From NCBI GenBank assembly GCA_963841915.1, contig CAWJEN010000005.1, forward strand, positions 1,088,001 to 1,152,000: a stretch of DNA of 64,000 nt, in the 5' to 3' direction. This DNA is from an uncultured Planctomycetota bacterium. GTDB taxonomy: Bacteria; Planctomycetota; Phycisphaerae; Tepidisphaerales; Tepidisphaeraceae. Of this stretch, positions 10,000-20,045 are shown piece after piece. The position numbers and the translations under genes are program-made. Positions within the stretch are counted from its first letter, which is position 1. Each line of letters opens with the position of its first letter. A model generated the notes under the pieces. That model was given only the letters and a program-made list of their open reading frames with translations, had not been told where the DNA came from and searched no databases.

Positions 10000-10554
10000 T
10001 TACGATGTGAAATGGGAGGCGAGTTCTTCGCGAAGCTTGAGGCGAGCGCGGTGGATGAGTGTCCACAAGTTACCTGCCGACACGCCAATGGCCATGCAGA
10101 CGGCCTCGGTCGGCTCGTTATCGAGCTCGCGGAGGACGAAGGCCTGCCGCATCTTCAAGGGCAGGCGATCGACGGCTGCGTCGAAGTCGCGCCAGAACTC
10201 TGCGGCCTGTGCCGACTCGGCCGGGTGTCCCGTCCAAGCCGCCGGTCGGGCGACATAGAAGCCGTCCCGGAAGACGCCGCTCGACTCGGACAGCAGCCGT
10301 GCCACGTCTTCTTCGACCCGATCGCTCACCGTCGATCGCCTGAGCCGGTCGACAATGCGACGTCGCAGCACGGTGAAGAGCCAGCCACGCCAATGCCCCG
10401 GCGGCTCTATGGCGCACGCCGATGCGAATGTCTCGGCCACCACCTCCTCTGCCGCGTCGGCATCGCCCAGTCGCCGCGTTGCGAAGGCGTGCAGCTCCGA
10501 CTCGTGGTCCTGCCATACCTCACCGAGCGGTCGTGTATCGACATCGGTCGGCAT
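10000..10554 (-). CDS. ECF RNA polymerase sigma-70 factor
   Basis: DAEEVVAETF, WLFTVLRRRIVD (region 2); LPLKMRQAFVLRE...NLWTLIHRARLKLR (region 4). Confidence 0.9.
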   Translation of the reverse strand: MPTDVDTRPLGEVWQDHESELHAFATRRLGDADAAEEVVAETFASACAIEPPGHWRGWLFTVLRRRIVDRLRRSTVSDRVEEDVARLLSESSGVFRDGFYVARPAAWTGHPAESAQAAEFWRDFDAAVDRLPLKMRQAFVLRELDNEPTEAVCMAIGVSAGNLWTLIHRARLKLREELASHFTS

Positions 10555-10774
10555 GATCTTGAGAGCGTACCTCCCTGGTCGCAAGCTTCTGCCTCGGTAT
10601 CGAAGAGCTTCTACGAGCCTTTCACGTCCTCGCGAAATTCTATCTACCGGCACGCTCTGAGCACTCCAACCGAACCGCTGTGTTTAGATGGTCGTAAAAG
10701 TGTTCGGGGGTTGTCCCGACGTCCGGGCCGACCTTACCGTCTAGCTCACCTCCAACCCGCAAGACAAGACCACC

Positions 10775-11095
10775 ATGGCAGACCACGCCGCCGAAATCAC
10801 TGAGAGCAACTTTGACGAGGAAGTCATGCAGAGCGACAAGCCCGTGCTCCTCGACTTCTGGGCCGAGTGGTGCCCGCCTTGCAAGATGATCGCCCCGCAC
10901 GTGGATCAGCTTGCCGAGGAATACAAGGACAAGGTCAAGGTCGGCAAGGTCGACGTCGAGGCCAACCAGGCCCTGGCCAGCAAGTACGGCATCAGCTCGA
11001 TCCCGACCCTCATCATGTTCAAGGGTGGCGAGCCGGTGCAGACCATTCAGGGTGCCAACCTTCCGGCCATCAAAGAAGCCCTCGAGGGAGCCTGA
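10775..11095 (+). CDS. trxA: Thioredoxin
   Basis: DFWAEWCPPCKMIAP active site, SIPT, 106 aa. Confidence 0.95.
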   Translation: MADHAAEITESNFDEEVMQSDKPVLLDFWAEWCPPCKMIAPHVDQLAEEYKDKVKVGKVDVEANQALASKYGISSIPTLIMFKGGEPVQTIQGANLPAIKEALEGA

Positions 11096-11178
11096 GGGTT
11101 CGCGTCGCGAGTGATCAGCAGCGTCGTTCGAGAGGCTCGCTCGCGCTGCCGTACTTCTTCGCTCGATGTTCGCCTGAC

Positions 11179-12075
11179 ATGACTGCCACACGCGTTATCG
11201 CGGTGCACACGTTCCGAGAGGCCGTGTCGCAGCCGATCTACCCGCTCCTGCTCGTCGCCGGAGCGGTCATTCTTGGCGTATACGGGCTGTTGCCGTTCTT
11301 TACGCTCGGCGAAGACGTCGTGATGTTCAAGGCGGTTGGCCTCGACATCGTGGTAGCCGTCGCGTTGCTGCTCGGCCTCGTCGCGGCCAGTCGGACGGTG
11401 CACGACGAGATCGAGGACCGGACGATGCTCACGCTCATGAGCAAGCCCGTCGGTCGCGGCACCGTCATCTTCGGAAAGTTCCTGGGCCTGCTCGCCTCGA
11501 GCGGGCTCGTTATCGTCTTGCTGGGCGTGATCCTGGCGTTCCTGACGTGGCGGCGGATACCGGTCGACTTTGCCCTTGACCCCAGCCCGATCAAGACGAG
11601 CGACATCGCCGAGCTGCGAGGGCTCCGATCGATGCACCTGGCCGGCATCTGGCCACAGTTGGCCTTGGCATGGATGCAGGTCGGCGTGCTGATTGCAATC
11701 GCGGTGCTGGTGTCGACGCGGTTCGGGCTGTTCGTGAGCCTGCCGGCGTCGCTGGTACTGTACCTGGCGGGCAACCTGACGCCCTACCTGGCCGAAGCGT
11801 TCGCCGACGAGGGCATGGTGGCGTCGAGCGTGACCTTTGTCATCAGCACCGTGTTGCCGTTTTTGCGGGTCTTCGACCTGACCGAGTACACAATCTACGG
11901 CTCGATCGCGTTGCCGGGCTCTACGTGGTCCGACGACCCAAACGCCGCCCGGCTTGGGGCAATGTGGTGGTATGTCTTGGCGGCGGGCGGGTACTTCGTG
12001 GCTTACGTAGCGTTTCTGCTTTTCGCAGCCCGGTTGAGTTTTGCCACTCGTGACCTCGGCGGCAACGAAGGCTGA
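11179..12075 (+). CDS. ABC-2 type permease (PilI-like)
   Basis: TFREAV, DEIEDRTMLTLMSKPVGR..IFGKFLG; multiple TM helices. Confidence 0.8.
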   Translation: MTATRVIAVHTFREAVSQPIYPLLLVAGAVILGVYGLLPFFTLGEDVVMFKAVGLDIVVAVALLLGLVAASRTVHDEIEDRTMLTLMSKPVGRGTVIFGKFLGLLASSGLVIVLLGVILAFLTWRRIPVDFALDPSPIKTSDIAELRGLRSMHLAGIWPQLALAWMQVGVLIAIAVLVSTRFGLFVSLPASLVLYLAGNLTPYLAEAFADEGMVASSVTFVISTVLPFLRVFDLTEYTIYGSIALPGSTWSDDPNAARLGAMWWYVLAAGGYFVAYVAFLLFAARLSFATRDLGGNEG

Positions 12076-12105
12076 GACATCTGATCACGCCTCGGCGTGT
12101 GCTGA

Positions 12106-13077
12106 TTACGCCTCGGCATGTGCCGCCCGCTTTTCCTTCGGGCTCTCAGGCTGAGCATGTTTATCCGGGCGAATCGTCAGGCCGCTGTACTTGGCCCACA
12201 CCTGCGTCAGTTCAGCCCCGAAGAAGACGATGACGGCAGAGTAGTAGACCCAGACGAGCAGTACCACGATGCTGCCTGCAGCGCCGTAGTCGCTACCGAC
12301 GCCGCCTTTGGCGAGGTAGAGGCCGATCAGGAACTTGCCGACTGCGAAGAGCACGGCTGTCACCCCTGCCCCGAACCAGACGGCCTTCCAAGGAATGTTC
12401 ACGTCAGGCAGGAACTTGAAGATCAAGCCGAACAGTGCGACGTAGATCGCGATCGAGATCACGAAGTTGAAGATTTTCCAGATCGTTCCACCGCCATCGC
12501 CGAAGACGGCGCTGATGATGCCGGTCACCGCGAGCGTCACAAGCAGCAGGAAGAGAATGGCAAAGATGACGCCGATGCTGAGCATCCGCTTTCGCAGCCA
12601 GCCCATCATGCCCGCGCCGGGAACGGGCTCGACGTCCCAAATCTTGTTGAGCGCGCCTTGTAGCTGGGCAAAGACGCCGCTGGCACTCCAGACGATGGCG
12701 CCGATGCCGAGTAGCCCGGCAAACATTCCCAAGCCCCCGCCCTTGACTTGGTCCATCTGGTTTGGCGACGCCTCGCCGCTCTGCTCAACTCCTTCTGCCT
12801 GTTCTTCACCGTCGTCCATGACCTGATCAATCGTGGCCCCGACTCCCGGTCCCATGAGGGAGCTGACCTGGTCGACAACCCGTTGCTTGGCGTCGTCGCC
12901 GATGAGACCACCGACGATGAGCGTGACGAGCACGATCAGCGGGGCGAACGACAGGGCGGTGTAGTACGCGATGGCCGCCGCCTGGGTGAGCGCTTCGTCC
13001 TCCAGAAAGTCGTTGACCGTCTCCTTCAAGGCGGCGAAGGTGTACGGGCTCTGGTTGGCTTTGGGTTGGTCGGTCAT
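12106..13077 (-). CDS. YihY/BrkB family membrane protein
   Basis: AAAIAYY.ALSFAPL, LQGALNKIW, YGAAGSIVVLLVWVYYSA. Confidence 0.93.
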   Translation of the reverse strand: MTDQPKANQSPYTFAALKETVNDFLEDEALTQAAAIAYYTALSFAPLIVLVTLIVGGLIGDDAKQRVVDQVSSLMGPGVGATIDQVMDDGEEQAEGVEQSGEASPNQMDQVKGGGLGMFAGLLGIGAIVWSASGVFAQLQGALNKIWDVEPVPGAGMMGWLRKRMLSIGVIFAILFLLLVTLAVTGIISAVFGDGGGTIWKIFNFVISIAIYVALFGLIFKFLPDVNIPWKAVWFGAGVTAVLFAVGKFLIGLYLAKGGVGSDYGAAGSIVVLLVWVYYSAVIVFFGAELTQVWAKYSGLTIRPDKHAQPESPKEKRAAHAEA

Positions 13078-13126
13078 CAGCGGCCGACGCTAGCGCGACG
13101 CTGGTCCGGCGCGCTGCGCTTTTGCA

Positions 13127-14671
13127 ATGGATGTATGGCCGTCAGTCCTACGGTCGCGGCCCGTCGTGTCGTCCCTCCAACGTTTCAGCCACTCGCTCGC
13201 CTCCGTCAGCCCGCGCCGCCAGCCCTTCATGGTTCGGCGGAACTACGCCTACGAGCTCAAGAGCGCCGTCACCTTCCCACTGGCCGCGGCGTTGGGCGAA
13301 GGAACGTTCACGGGCGTGGTCGCCAGCAAGTACTTCAACGCCGGCCCGCTGCTGATCGCCGTCATCACGGCCGCCCCGATGTTCGGAAACATCCTGGCGC
13401 TGCTCTGGAGCGAGTTGGCCGAAAGCCAGCCCAAAGTCCGCTTCATCAACGGCCTGCAGATCGCGCTCGTCGCCGTCACTGCGCTCGTCGGCCTGACGTG
13501 GTTCATCCCAATCGAAAGCGGCTTGGCGGGCGTCACCTTCGCCGCGATCATCATCGTGGCTCGTGTGCTGGCCAGCGGGATTATCACGCTCCGCAGTGCC
13601 GTGTGGCGGCTCAACTACCCGCGCAACCTGCGGGCACAAATCATCGGTCGCATCAACGGCGTCTACAACACCGTTCTGGCCGGCATGGTCCTGGCGGCAG
13701 CGTTCGCATTGGACGCGCGGCCGGGCATTTACGCGATTCTGTACCCGGTGGTTGCCGCCGTCTCACTGTTCGGCGTGCTGCAATTCAGCCGCATTCGCGT
13801 TCGCGGCGAAGGGGCTTTGCTCAAGCGGGCGAAACTCGTCGCTGCCGGCGCGTCGGCCGACCCGAGCATTGAAAGCGGCGGGGCACCGGTTCTTGATTAT
13901 TCCGTCACGGTGCGCGACCGCGTCGCCGGCAGTGCCGTCGGTCGCCTCACGCAGCGCATCGTCGATGCCTTCGAACTACTCGCCGATGACAGAATCTTCC
14001 GCGAGTACCAGTGGTGGCAGTTCATCCTGGGCTCGAGCTTCATGGTGATGTTCCCGTCGCTCATCCACGTCGTCAGTTCGGAGATGACGAATCCCAAGAC
14101 GCAGTACGTGCTGGCAATTCTCGTCGTGCAATTTGTGCCGATGGTGACAGGCGTCGTCTTTTTACAGCTGTGGGCACCCCTCTTCGATCGCGTCGACCTG
14201 CTGACCTTCAGACTTTGGATCGGCGTGGCCGCGCTGGTGTCGCACGTGTTGATCCTCGTCGGTGCAGTCACGAACTCTCTTGCCATCGTCGCCGTCGGCA
14301 CCTTTGCGGTCGGCATCTCGATGGGCGGCGGTCAACTCGCGTGGCAGCTCGGGCAAAATGCCTTCGCCACCAAGGAAAACGTCGGCCGCTACATGGGCCT
14401 GCACGTCATGCTCACCGGGCTGCGTGGCATGTTCGCACCCTTCGTCGGCGTCGGCATCTATCACCTGCTCAGCCGCTACATCTCGACCAGTGGCTTCGAC
14501 GGCGCGCCCGGTGGGCGATGGGTCTTCGCCGCCTCGGTCATACTGGCCACGGTGGCCCTCTTCGGTTACGTCAGCATGAGGCGGCGGTACAAGGACGAAC
14601 TGATGGGTCGCGACGAGGACGGACCGGCTTCTGGCAAAGGCCCGCTTACTGCCGTACCTTCGACCGCGTGA
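13127..14671 (+). CDS. MFS transporter
   Basis: About 12 hydrophobic segments, WRLNYPRNLRA, YMGLHVMLTGLRG; start uncertain. Confidence 0.8.
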   Translation: MDVWPSVLRSRPVVSSLQRFSHSLASVSPRRQPFMVRRNYAYELKSAVTFPLAAALGEGTFTGVVASKYFNAGPLLIAVITAAPMFGNILALLWSELAESQPKVRFINGLQIALVAVTALVGLTWFIPIESGLAGVTFAAIIIVARVLASGIITLRSAVWRLNYPRNLRAQIIGRINGVYNTVLAGMVLAAAFALDARPGIYAILYPVVAAVSLFGVLQFSRIRVRGEGALLKRAKLVAAGASADPSIESGGAPVLDYSVTVRDRVAGSAVGRLTQRIVDAFELLADDRIFREYQWWQFILGSSFMVMFPSLIHVVSSEMTNPKTQYVLAILVVQFVPMVTGVVFLQLWAPLFDRVDLLTFRLWIGVAALVSHVLILVGAVTNSLAIVAVGTFAVGISMGGGQLAWQLGQNAFATKENVGRYMGLHVMLTGLRGMFAPFVGVGIYHLLSRYISTSGFDGAPGGRWVFAASVILATVALFGYVSMRRRYKDELMGRDEDGPASGKGPLTAVPSTA

Positions 14672-15198
14672 AACGGATCGGGGGCAAGGTCAGAGTCGCG
14701 CTGGTTCTCGTTGCCGTCTGCGGCTTTGCGATCTACCACGTCATACGTCCGCAACAGCCGGTGCCCGGTCGCTCGTCTAACGTCGTCGAAGCGGTCGAGG
14801 GCGAGGTCATCCTGCTGGACGTCAAGGGGACGATCTGCCGAATCCGCCTGACCGGCGTTGTTGCCGTCGACGGGGCGGAGGCGGTCATTCGCCGATTTGC
14901 CGACGAAGGCCCGATCCGTCTTCTGAGCGAGCCGGTACCACAGCGCGAGGAGTCGGGCGACCTGCTGGCCTACGTCTACCACGAGCAAGGGGGCCTGACG
15001 CTCAATGAGCGACTTGTCGCCGAAGGGGTCGCCTTTGCCGAGAGGCGGCACGATTATGCCTACGCCCCGACTCTGATCGGCCTCGAATCCGAGGCACGAC
15101 GTCAGCGGGTGGGAATGTGGTCTGCGATGCCGCAGGATCCACCGATGCCACGATGGCGGCGGGTATGGCTTGATGCACAACGGGCGACGCGTCGCTAA
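14668..15198 (+). CDS. Thermonuclease (SNase) family protein
   Basis: GTG overlapping the MFS stop; TM anchor, RIRLTGV, LLAYVY, LNERLVAEGVA, EARRQRVGMW. Confidence 0.8.
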   Translation: MKRIGGKVRVALVLVAVCGFAIYHVIRPQQPVPGRSSNVVEAVEGEVILLDVKGTICRIRLTGVVAVDGAEAVIRRFADEGPIRLLSEPVPQREESGDLLAYVYHEQGGLTLNERLVAEGVAFAERRHDYAYAPTLIGLESEARRQRVGMWSAMPQDPPMPRWRRVWLDAQRATRR

Positions 15199-15249
15199 GC
15201 ACGGCTGGCCTCGGGATGACGAAGGACGTGTCGCCGGTTCGTGCCTCTA

Positions 15250-15291
15250 GAAAGAAGAAAAGCGTCCCGGACCATGCGGTACGGGACGCTT
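15250..15291 (-). terminator. Intrinsic terminator of xerC (possibly bidirectional)
   Basis: aagcgtcccg...cgggacgctt stem; A-rich flank gives a U tract on the minus strand. Confidence 0.75.
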
Positions 15292-15314
15292 GACGTTCAG
15301 GAGGTGCCGTTCGA

Positions 15315-16556
15315 TCAGGCCGAGTGACGCAGCGGGGTGCTGCGAACGGCCGGTCCGATGCGGGCGGTCGGACGGTGGTGGCCGTCGTCGTCGGCCGTAC
15401 GGGCCGGCGGCGGCGGGGCGACGGCCGTGTTGGCCATGCCGCTGCGTGGGTGGGCGTTGTCGTACGCCTCCTTCATGCGGTCGGTTGTCAGGTGCGTGTA
15501 GATCTGCGTCGTCGACAGGCTCTGGTGGCCCAGCAACTCCTGAACGCTGCGCAGGTCAGCACCGTTGTTGAGCAGGTGCGTCGCAAAGCTGTGCCGCAGC
15601 GTGTGGGGCGAAATGCCCGGGTCGAGGCCGACCTGCTGGAGGTATTTGTCGAGTTTGCGGCGGACGCTGCGGGTCGACAAGGCTTCGCCGTGCTTGTTGA
15701 GGAAGATGCGGCTTTCGCCGGTCAGGCCCTCGTCGCCGCCCGTCGGGTCGTCGGGGTCGAGCCCTCGAACCTGCAGGTAATGGCGGACGGCGAGAATTGC
15801 CTGGCTGCCGATGGGCGTGAGGCGGTCCTTGCGGCCCTTACCTCGAACGCGCAGGATGCCTTCGTCAAGATCGACGTCTGCCAGGCTCAGCTCGACCAGT
15901 TCGCTGACGCGAATGCCGCTGGAGTAGAGCACTTCGAGCATCGCCTTGTCGCGGGCACCGAGGACGTCGCCGTCATCGGGGGCGTCGAGGAGGCGTTGGA
16001 CCTCGTCGAGGTCAAGGCACTTGGGCAGGCGTTTTTCCTGCTTGGGCGTGCGGATGCCGACCATCGGCGACTCCTCGCACTTGCCGCGTTTGATGAGGAA
16101 CTTGTAGAAGCTCCGCATCGTCGCCAGCTTGCGGGCGGTCGTGCTTTTGGTGTAGTTCTGGCCATGCAGGTAGGCCAGGAAGTCGCGGACCGTGGTCTGC
16201 GTGCAATGCGTCAGCCGCTGGTCGAGCGGCGTCTCGTCATGGAGCCGAGCGTCACCGCCGTAGCTCATGCCGATCTCGCCGGCAGCGAACTGCGTCAGCT
16301 GGGCGAGGTCGGCTCCGTAGGAGCGGACGGTGTAGTCGCTGAAGTGCCGCTCGTGCTTGAGGTAGTCGAGGAAAGCCTCGACACAAGGCGGGCGGGCGAC
16401 AGATTCGTCACCTTCGGCGGCTTTGCTCGATTCGGGCAGTTCGGCCTCGCTGGTGACCGGCGGCACAGGGGCCGACGCGGCACGCGGAGGGCGTACAGGC
16501 GGGAACGGAGAATTGTGAATGGCGTCGGCGTCGGCGGGGTTCGTCGTCGGGGACAT
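15315..16556 (-). CDS. xerC: Tyrosine recombinase XerC
   Basis: SAM domain (ERHFSDYTVRSY), RDKAMLEVLYSSGIR, GKGRKDR, HTLRHSFATH, LGHQSLSTTQIYTH. Confidence 0.9.
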   Translation of the reverse strand: MSPTTNPADADAIHNSPFPPVRPPRAASAPVPPVTSEAELPESSKAAEGDESVARPPCVEAFLDYLKHERHFSDYTVRSYGADLAQLTQFAAGEIGMSYGGDARLHDETPLDQRLTHCTQTTVRDFLAYLHGQNYTKSTTARKLATMRSFYKFLIKRGKCEESPMVGIRTPKQEKRLPKCLDLDEVQRLLDAPDDGDVLGARDKAMLEVLYSSGIRVSELVELSLADVDLDEGILRVRGKGRKDRLTPIGSQAILAVRHYLQVRGLDPDDPTGGDEGLTGESRIFLNKHGEALSTRSVRRKLDKYLQQVGLDPGISPHTLRHSFATHLLNNGADLRSVQELLGHQSLSTTQIYTHLTTDRMKEAYDNAHPRSGMANTAVAPPPPARTADDDGHHRPTARIGPAVRSTPLRHSA

Positions 16557-16944
16557 ACTCGCGAGTCCTTGTGCCGCTTCTGCGGCAGGCTCTGCGATCG
16601 GTTAGTAACCGCCGGTGTCTTACACCAAAGGTGAAAGTCGTTCTCCGGCACAACGCGGGATGGCTCCGCATCCCCGCGGCGAGACTCTTTGGGTTGCCGC
16701 TGTACCTCCTGGCACACTGGCGTCGATCGGCCGGTCTCGTCGGCCTTACACCTGCTACTTCGGCGTTACGTCCCCTAATGCTTTGGTGACAAATATGGTT
16801 TACGGACGTTCCAAGCCTGCTGTGCCACACCATCTCCCGCAGGTGAAGGCGTGCGCCAGGCGCAAACGCACGTGGCACGGGTCACCCGCACCCACTGTGC
16901 GATCGACCCGTGCCACGAGGATTGGCTGTGTTGTCCGCCCGCCG

Positions 16945-17220
16945 TTACGCCGCCTGAGACAGTTCGCCTGCCAGTTCACCGGCGAGGTGCTGACCGAGCT
17001 GGTGGCCCAGCGATGCAGCGTCGAACCAGTCGAAAGGCGTCGCCGGGTCATCGACCATCTCGGCGATGGCTTGCAGGACGATCGTCTCGTCGCCCGTCTC
17101 GTACGTCATGAAGAAGTGATGCCCGCTCTTTTCGAGGGAAAGCGACCGCTGTTCGCGGGCGGGTGACATCAGATCGACGGAGTCGGTGGTCTCGGTCGTG
17201 GACAGGAGGTTCTGGTTCAT
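16945..17220 (-). CDS. Hypothetical protein
   Basis: 91-aa ORF with natural composition (FDWFDAA.L), co-oriented with neighbours. Confidence 0.7.
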   Translation of the reverse strand: MNQNLLSTTETTDSVDLMSPAREQRSLSLEKSGHHFFMTYETGDETIVLQAIAEMVDDPATPFDWFDAASLGHQLGQHLAGELAGELSQAA

Positions 17221-17274
17221 CGTGTGAGTCCTTTCAACGAGTGCCCGTAGTGGGTGTTGTCCCCCGCGGGGTGA

Positions 17275-18084
17275 TCAACGGCCGAGGCTACCGAGGTTTC
17301 GGCCTGTGCCTGCCGCCACTTGAGGTCGCGGTTGCTGCTGCCTTGCCGGTAGGCGCTCGATAGCGTCCATCAGGTCGGCCAACAACGCGTGGTAGACGAA
17401 GCCGGCATAGCGGTCCATCACCAGGAAGACGTCACGACCACCGGTCGGCCCCTCTGGGTCGTGGCGGCCGTAGGCGTAAGCCATGGCCGCCCGGCGGACG
17501 CTGCCGTCGCGTGCGTCGAAGACGCCACTTTGCTGTAACATTTGGCGACCGGCCACGCCAGGTGAGGGCAGCGCTTCGCCCGCCCTATCGGCCGTTGCCG
17601 TTCGCGATAAGCCGCGAATGGCCTCGGCACCGGGAAGGGCAAATGCCCGCAGTGTCGAACCGTCGGCGGCGAAGACCTGCAAAGCAGCGCCCATCGTCGG
17701 CGGGTCGTAAGGCTTATACAGCGTGATGCTCGGGACGACGAGCGCGTCGACGCCGAGCAGCTCGCAGACCGCAGCCGCGTCGGCCGGGTCGTTGATGCCA
17801 CCGATGCCGAGCGCGATGTACGCCTCGGCAACGCGATTGACCGGAACGGCCGTGATGCCGCGGACGCTGGCGAGCTTGCCGTAGAGCACGTCTGCCTGCA
17901 GCAGCGGGTCAACGCCGTTCTCACCCGACAAGTTCGTGGCCGGGGCGACGGCCCAGACCTGCGGCTGAAACACGGGAGCAGCGAGCTGACGCTCGGTTCC
18001 GTAGGCCGGCGTCCTGTCGGCACAGCCACCGGTCATGGCCGCGGCGCAGAGGCACGCGGCGACAAGAATGCTCCGCGTGGACAT
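17275..18084 (-). CDS. Putative lipoprotein
   Basis: Signal peptide with lipobox-like TGGC; WAVAP..N.SG, ITLYKPYDPP. Confidence 0.75.
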   Translation of the reverse strand: MSTRSILVAACLCAAAMTGGCADRTPAYGTERQLAAPVFQPQVWAVAPATNLSGENGVDPLLQADVLYGKLASVRGITAVPVNRVAEAYIALGIGGINDPADAAAVCELLGVDALVVPSITLYKPYDPPTMGAALQVFAADGSTLRAFALPGAEAIRGLSRTATADRAGEALPSPGVAGRQMLQQSGVFDARDGSVRRAAMAYAYGRHDPEGPTGGRDVFLVMDRYAGFVYHALLADLMDAIERLPARQQQPRPQVAAGTGRNLGSLGR

Positions 18085-18168
18085 GTTGAGGCACCGCATG
18101 ATGTAAACGCTATCGGACGTTGCCGTTTCTAACCTTGAGCGCAAGCGGGTCCACTAAGCTCACGGTGC

Positions 18169-19521
18169 GTGTGGCTCTTGTGGCTCATCCTCGGCGTGGC
18201 GATCGGGCTCGTCACCGCGTACCTGCGGTTGTCGCTCACGCGGCGGGCGCTGCGGCAGGTGGCTGGCGCGCTCGAGCAACTTGCCGCCGGTCGTGGCAGG
18301 CCTGACGTCCGGGACGTCTGGCGTGACGGCAGCCGAAGGCCGATCCGTGTCGTCCGCCAGATCGCACGAGACGTACACAATTACGAACGGCGGACGAGTG
18401 AAACCATCCGCCGCCTCGAACGCCAACGCAGCGATCTCAACGCGCTCGTCGACGCGCTGCCCGACCCGATCGTCCAGGCCGACAAGCAACGGCGGCTCAT
18501 TCTCGTCAACCAGCCGGCCGTCGAATTGCTGGGCGTGCCGAAGGAGCAGGCCATCGGCGCGACGGTTGAGGCAGCCATTACCGAGCCGGAGGTGCTGGCG
18601 CTATTCGACAAAGTCGCCAAAATTGCGATCGGTGACCTCGGTCGCAACGGCAAGCCCCGTCTGCCCGTCCGCCGGGAGTTGCGACTCAGCAGCGGCGGGC
18701 GGCAGATGGCGTACCAAGCGGTCGCCACCCGCAGCGAAGCGGGTGGCGTCATCGTCGTGTTGCGCGACATCTCGACGCTCGACCAGGCGCTCCGCATGAA
18801 GGCCGACTTCGTGGCCAACGCAAGCCACGAACTGCGGACGCCCGTCGCGGCCATCAAGGTCGCCTACGAAACACTGATCGAGCTGCTCGATGAGGCGTCC
18901 AAACCGACACCGGCGGCACAGCGGTGCCTGTCGATCCTCGGTGGGCATTTGCAGCGGGTCGAGGAAATGCTGCAGGATCTGCTCGATCTATCGAAGGTCG
19001 AGGACGCTGATCAGACGCCGAGCCTGGAGATGACGTCGCTGGCCGAGCTGTCGCGCGACCTGCGGCAAACGGTCGGCCCGCTGGCGGCGAGGCGAGACGT
19101 CATGCTCGAGCTACCCGACGGCTCGGCCGACGCCTTTGTGACGGATCGAAAGCTCTTGCTGCTGGCCTTGAAGAATCTTCTCGAGAACGGCGTGAAGCAC
19201 ACGCCCGCCAACGGCAAGGTGACGCTGCGGATCCAGCGGCTGACGGGTGGCGATGGCGACGAGATTCGGCTCATCGTCGAAGACACGGGTGTCGGCATAC
19301 CGGACGACCACATCGACCGCATCTTCGAGCGGTTCTACCAGGTCGATGCCGCCCGGACCGGCACCAACGCCCGCAGCGTCGACCGCGGGACGGGGCTCGG
19401 CCTGAGCATCGTCAAGCATGCCATCAACGCGCTGGCAGGCAGTGTCCTGGTCGAGAGCGCCGTCGGCAGCGGGACGCGCTTCATCGTCACACTGCCCGAA
19501 GTCGAGGCACCGGCCTCGTGA
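18169..19521 (+). CDS. PAS-domain sensor histidine kinase (PhoR-like)
   Basis: DFVANASHELRTP H-box, NLLENGVKHT, EDTGVGI, IFERFY, GTGLGLSIVKH. Confidence 0.92.
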   Translation: MWLLWLILGVAIGLVTAYLRLSLTRRALRQVAGALEQLAAGRGRPDVRDVWRDGSRRPIRVVRQIARDVHNYERRTSETIRRLERQRSDLNALVDALPDPIVQADKQRRLILVNQPAVELLGVPKEQAIGATVEAAITEPEVLALFDKVAKIAIGDLGRNGKPRLPVRRELRLSSGGRQMAYQAVATRSEAGGVIVVLRDISTLDQALRMKADFVANASHELRTPVAAIKVAYETLIELLDEASKPTPAAQRCLSILGGHLQRVEEMLQDLLDLSKVEDADQTPSLEMTSLAELSRDLRQTVGPLAARRDVMLELPDGSADAFVTDRKLLLLALKNLLENGVKHTPANGKVTLRIQRLTGGDGDEIRLIVEDTGVGIPDDHIDRIFERFYQVDAARTGTNARSVDRGTGLGLSIVKHAINALAGSVLVESAVGSGTRFIVTLPEVEAPAS

Positions 19522-20045
19522 CGGCTGAGGAACGCGATGCGTGGTTGATGCTCGACGACAAGGCGCTGCTACGCGGCTGCCGAATCGAACGTCGCAGCGC
19601 CGGTGGCCCGGGCGGCCAAAAGCGGAACAAGACTGCCTCGACGGTTCGCTTCACGCACGAGGCGACCGGCCTGACCGCCAATGCGGCCGAGGATCGGTCG
19701 CTGCGTGTCAACATGGTCCACGCGACGCGTCGCCTGAGACACAAGATTGCCGGCGTGACGAGGCGAGAGCTTGATCTGATGGATCTGTCGACACCGACGT
19801 GGTGGGGCGAGTACGTCGGCCGCGGTGTGCTTCGGATGAACGTCGCCAACCCGATGCATCCGCAGGCGACAGCGTTCGTGCTCGACGTGCTCGACGCATC
19901 GGCCGCCGATCCGACGGTGGCGGCGTTGCATCTGAGCATCTCGGTTCGGTCGCTCGTCCGGTTCCTGCACGAGCCTTCCGAAACCTGGCGGGCGGCCAAC
20001 GATCTGCGGACAAAGTGGTCGCTGCCGGCACTTAAGGTGCCGTAA
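19518..20045 (+). CDS. Peptide chain release factor-like (RF-1/GGQ domain) protein
   Basis: GGPGGQKRNKTASTVRFTH...EDRS..VN. Confidence 0.85.
   Translation: MTAEERDAWLMLDDKALLRGCRIERRSAGGPGGQKRNKTASTVRFTHEATGLTANAAEDRSLRVNMVHATRRLRHKIAGVTRRELDLMDLSTPTWWGEYVGRGVLRMNVANPMHPQATAFVLDVLDASAADPTVAALHLSISVRSLVRFLHEPSETWRAANDLRTKWSLPALKVP

Noticed and set aside
15315..16556. Phage or island integrase
   Set aside because: Sequence matches housekeeping XerC/XerD, the composition is native, and there is no adjacent tRNA, att site or phage gene.
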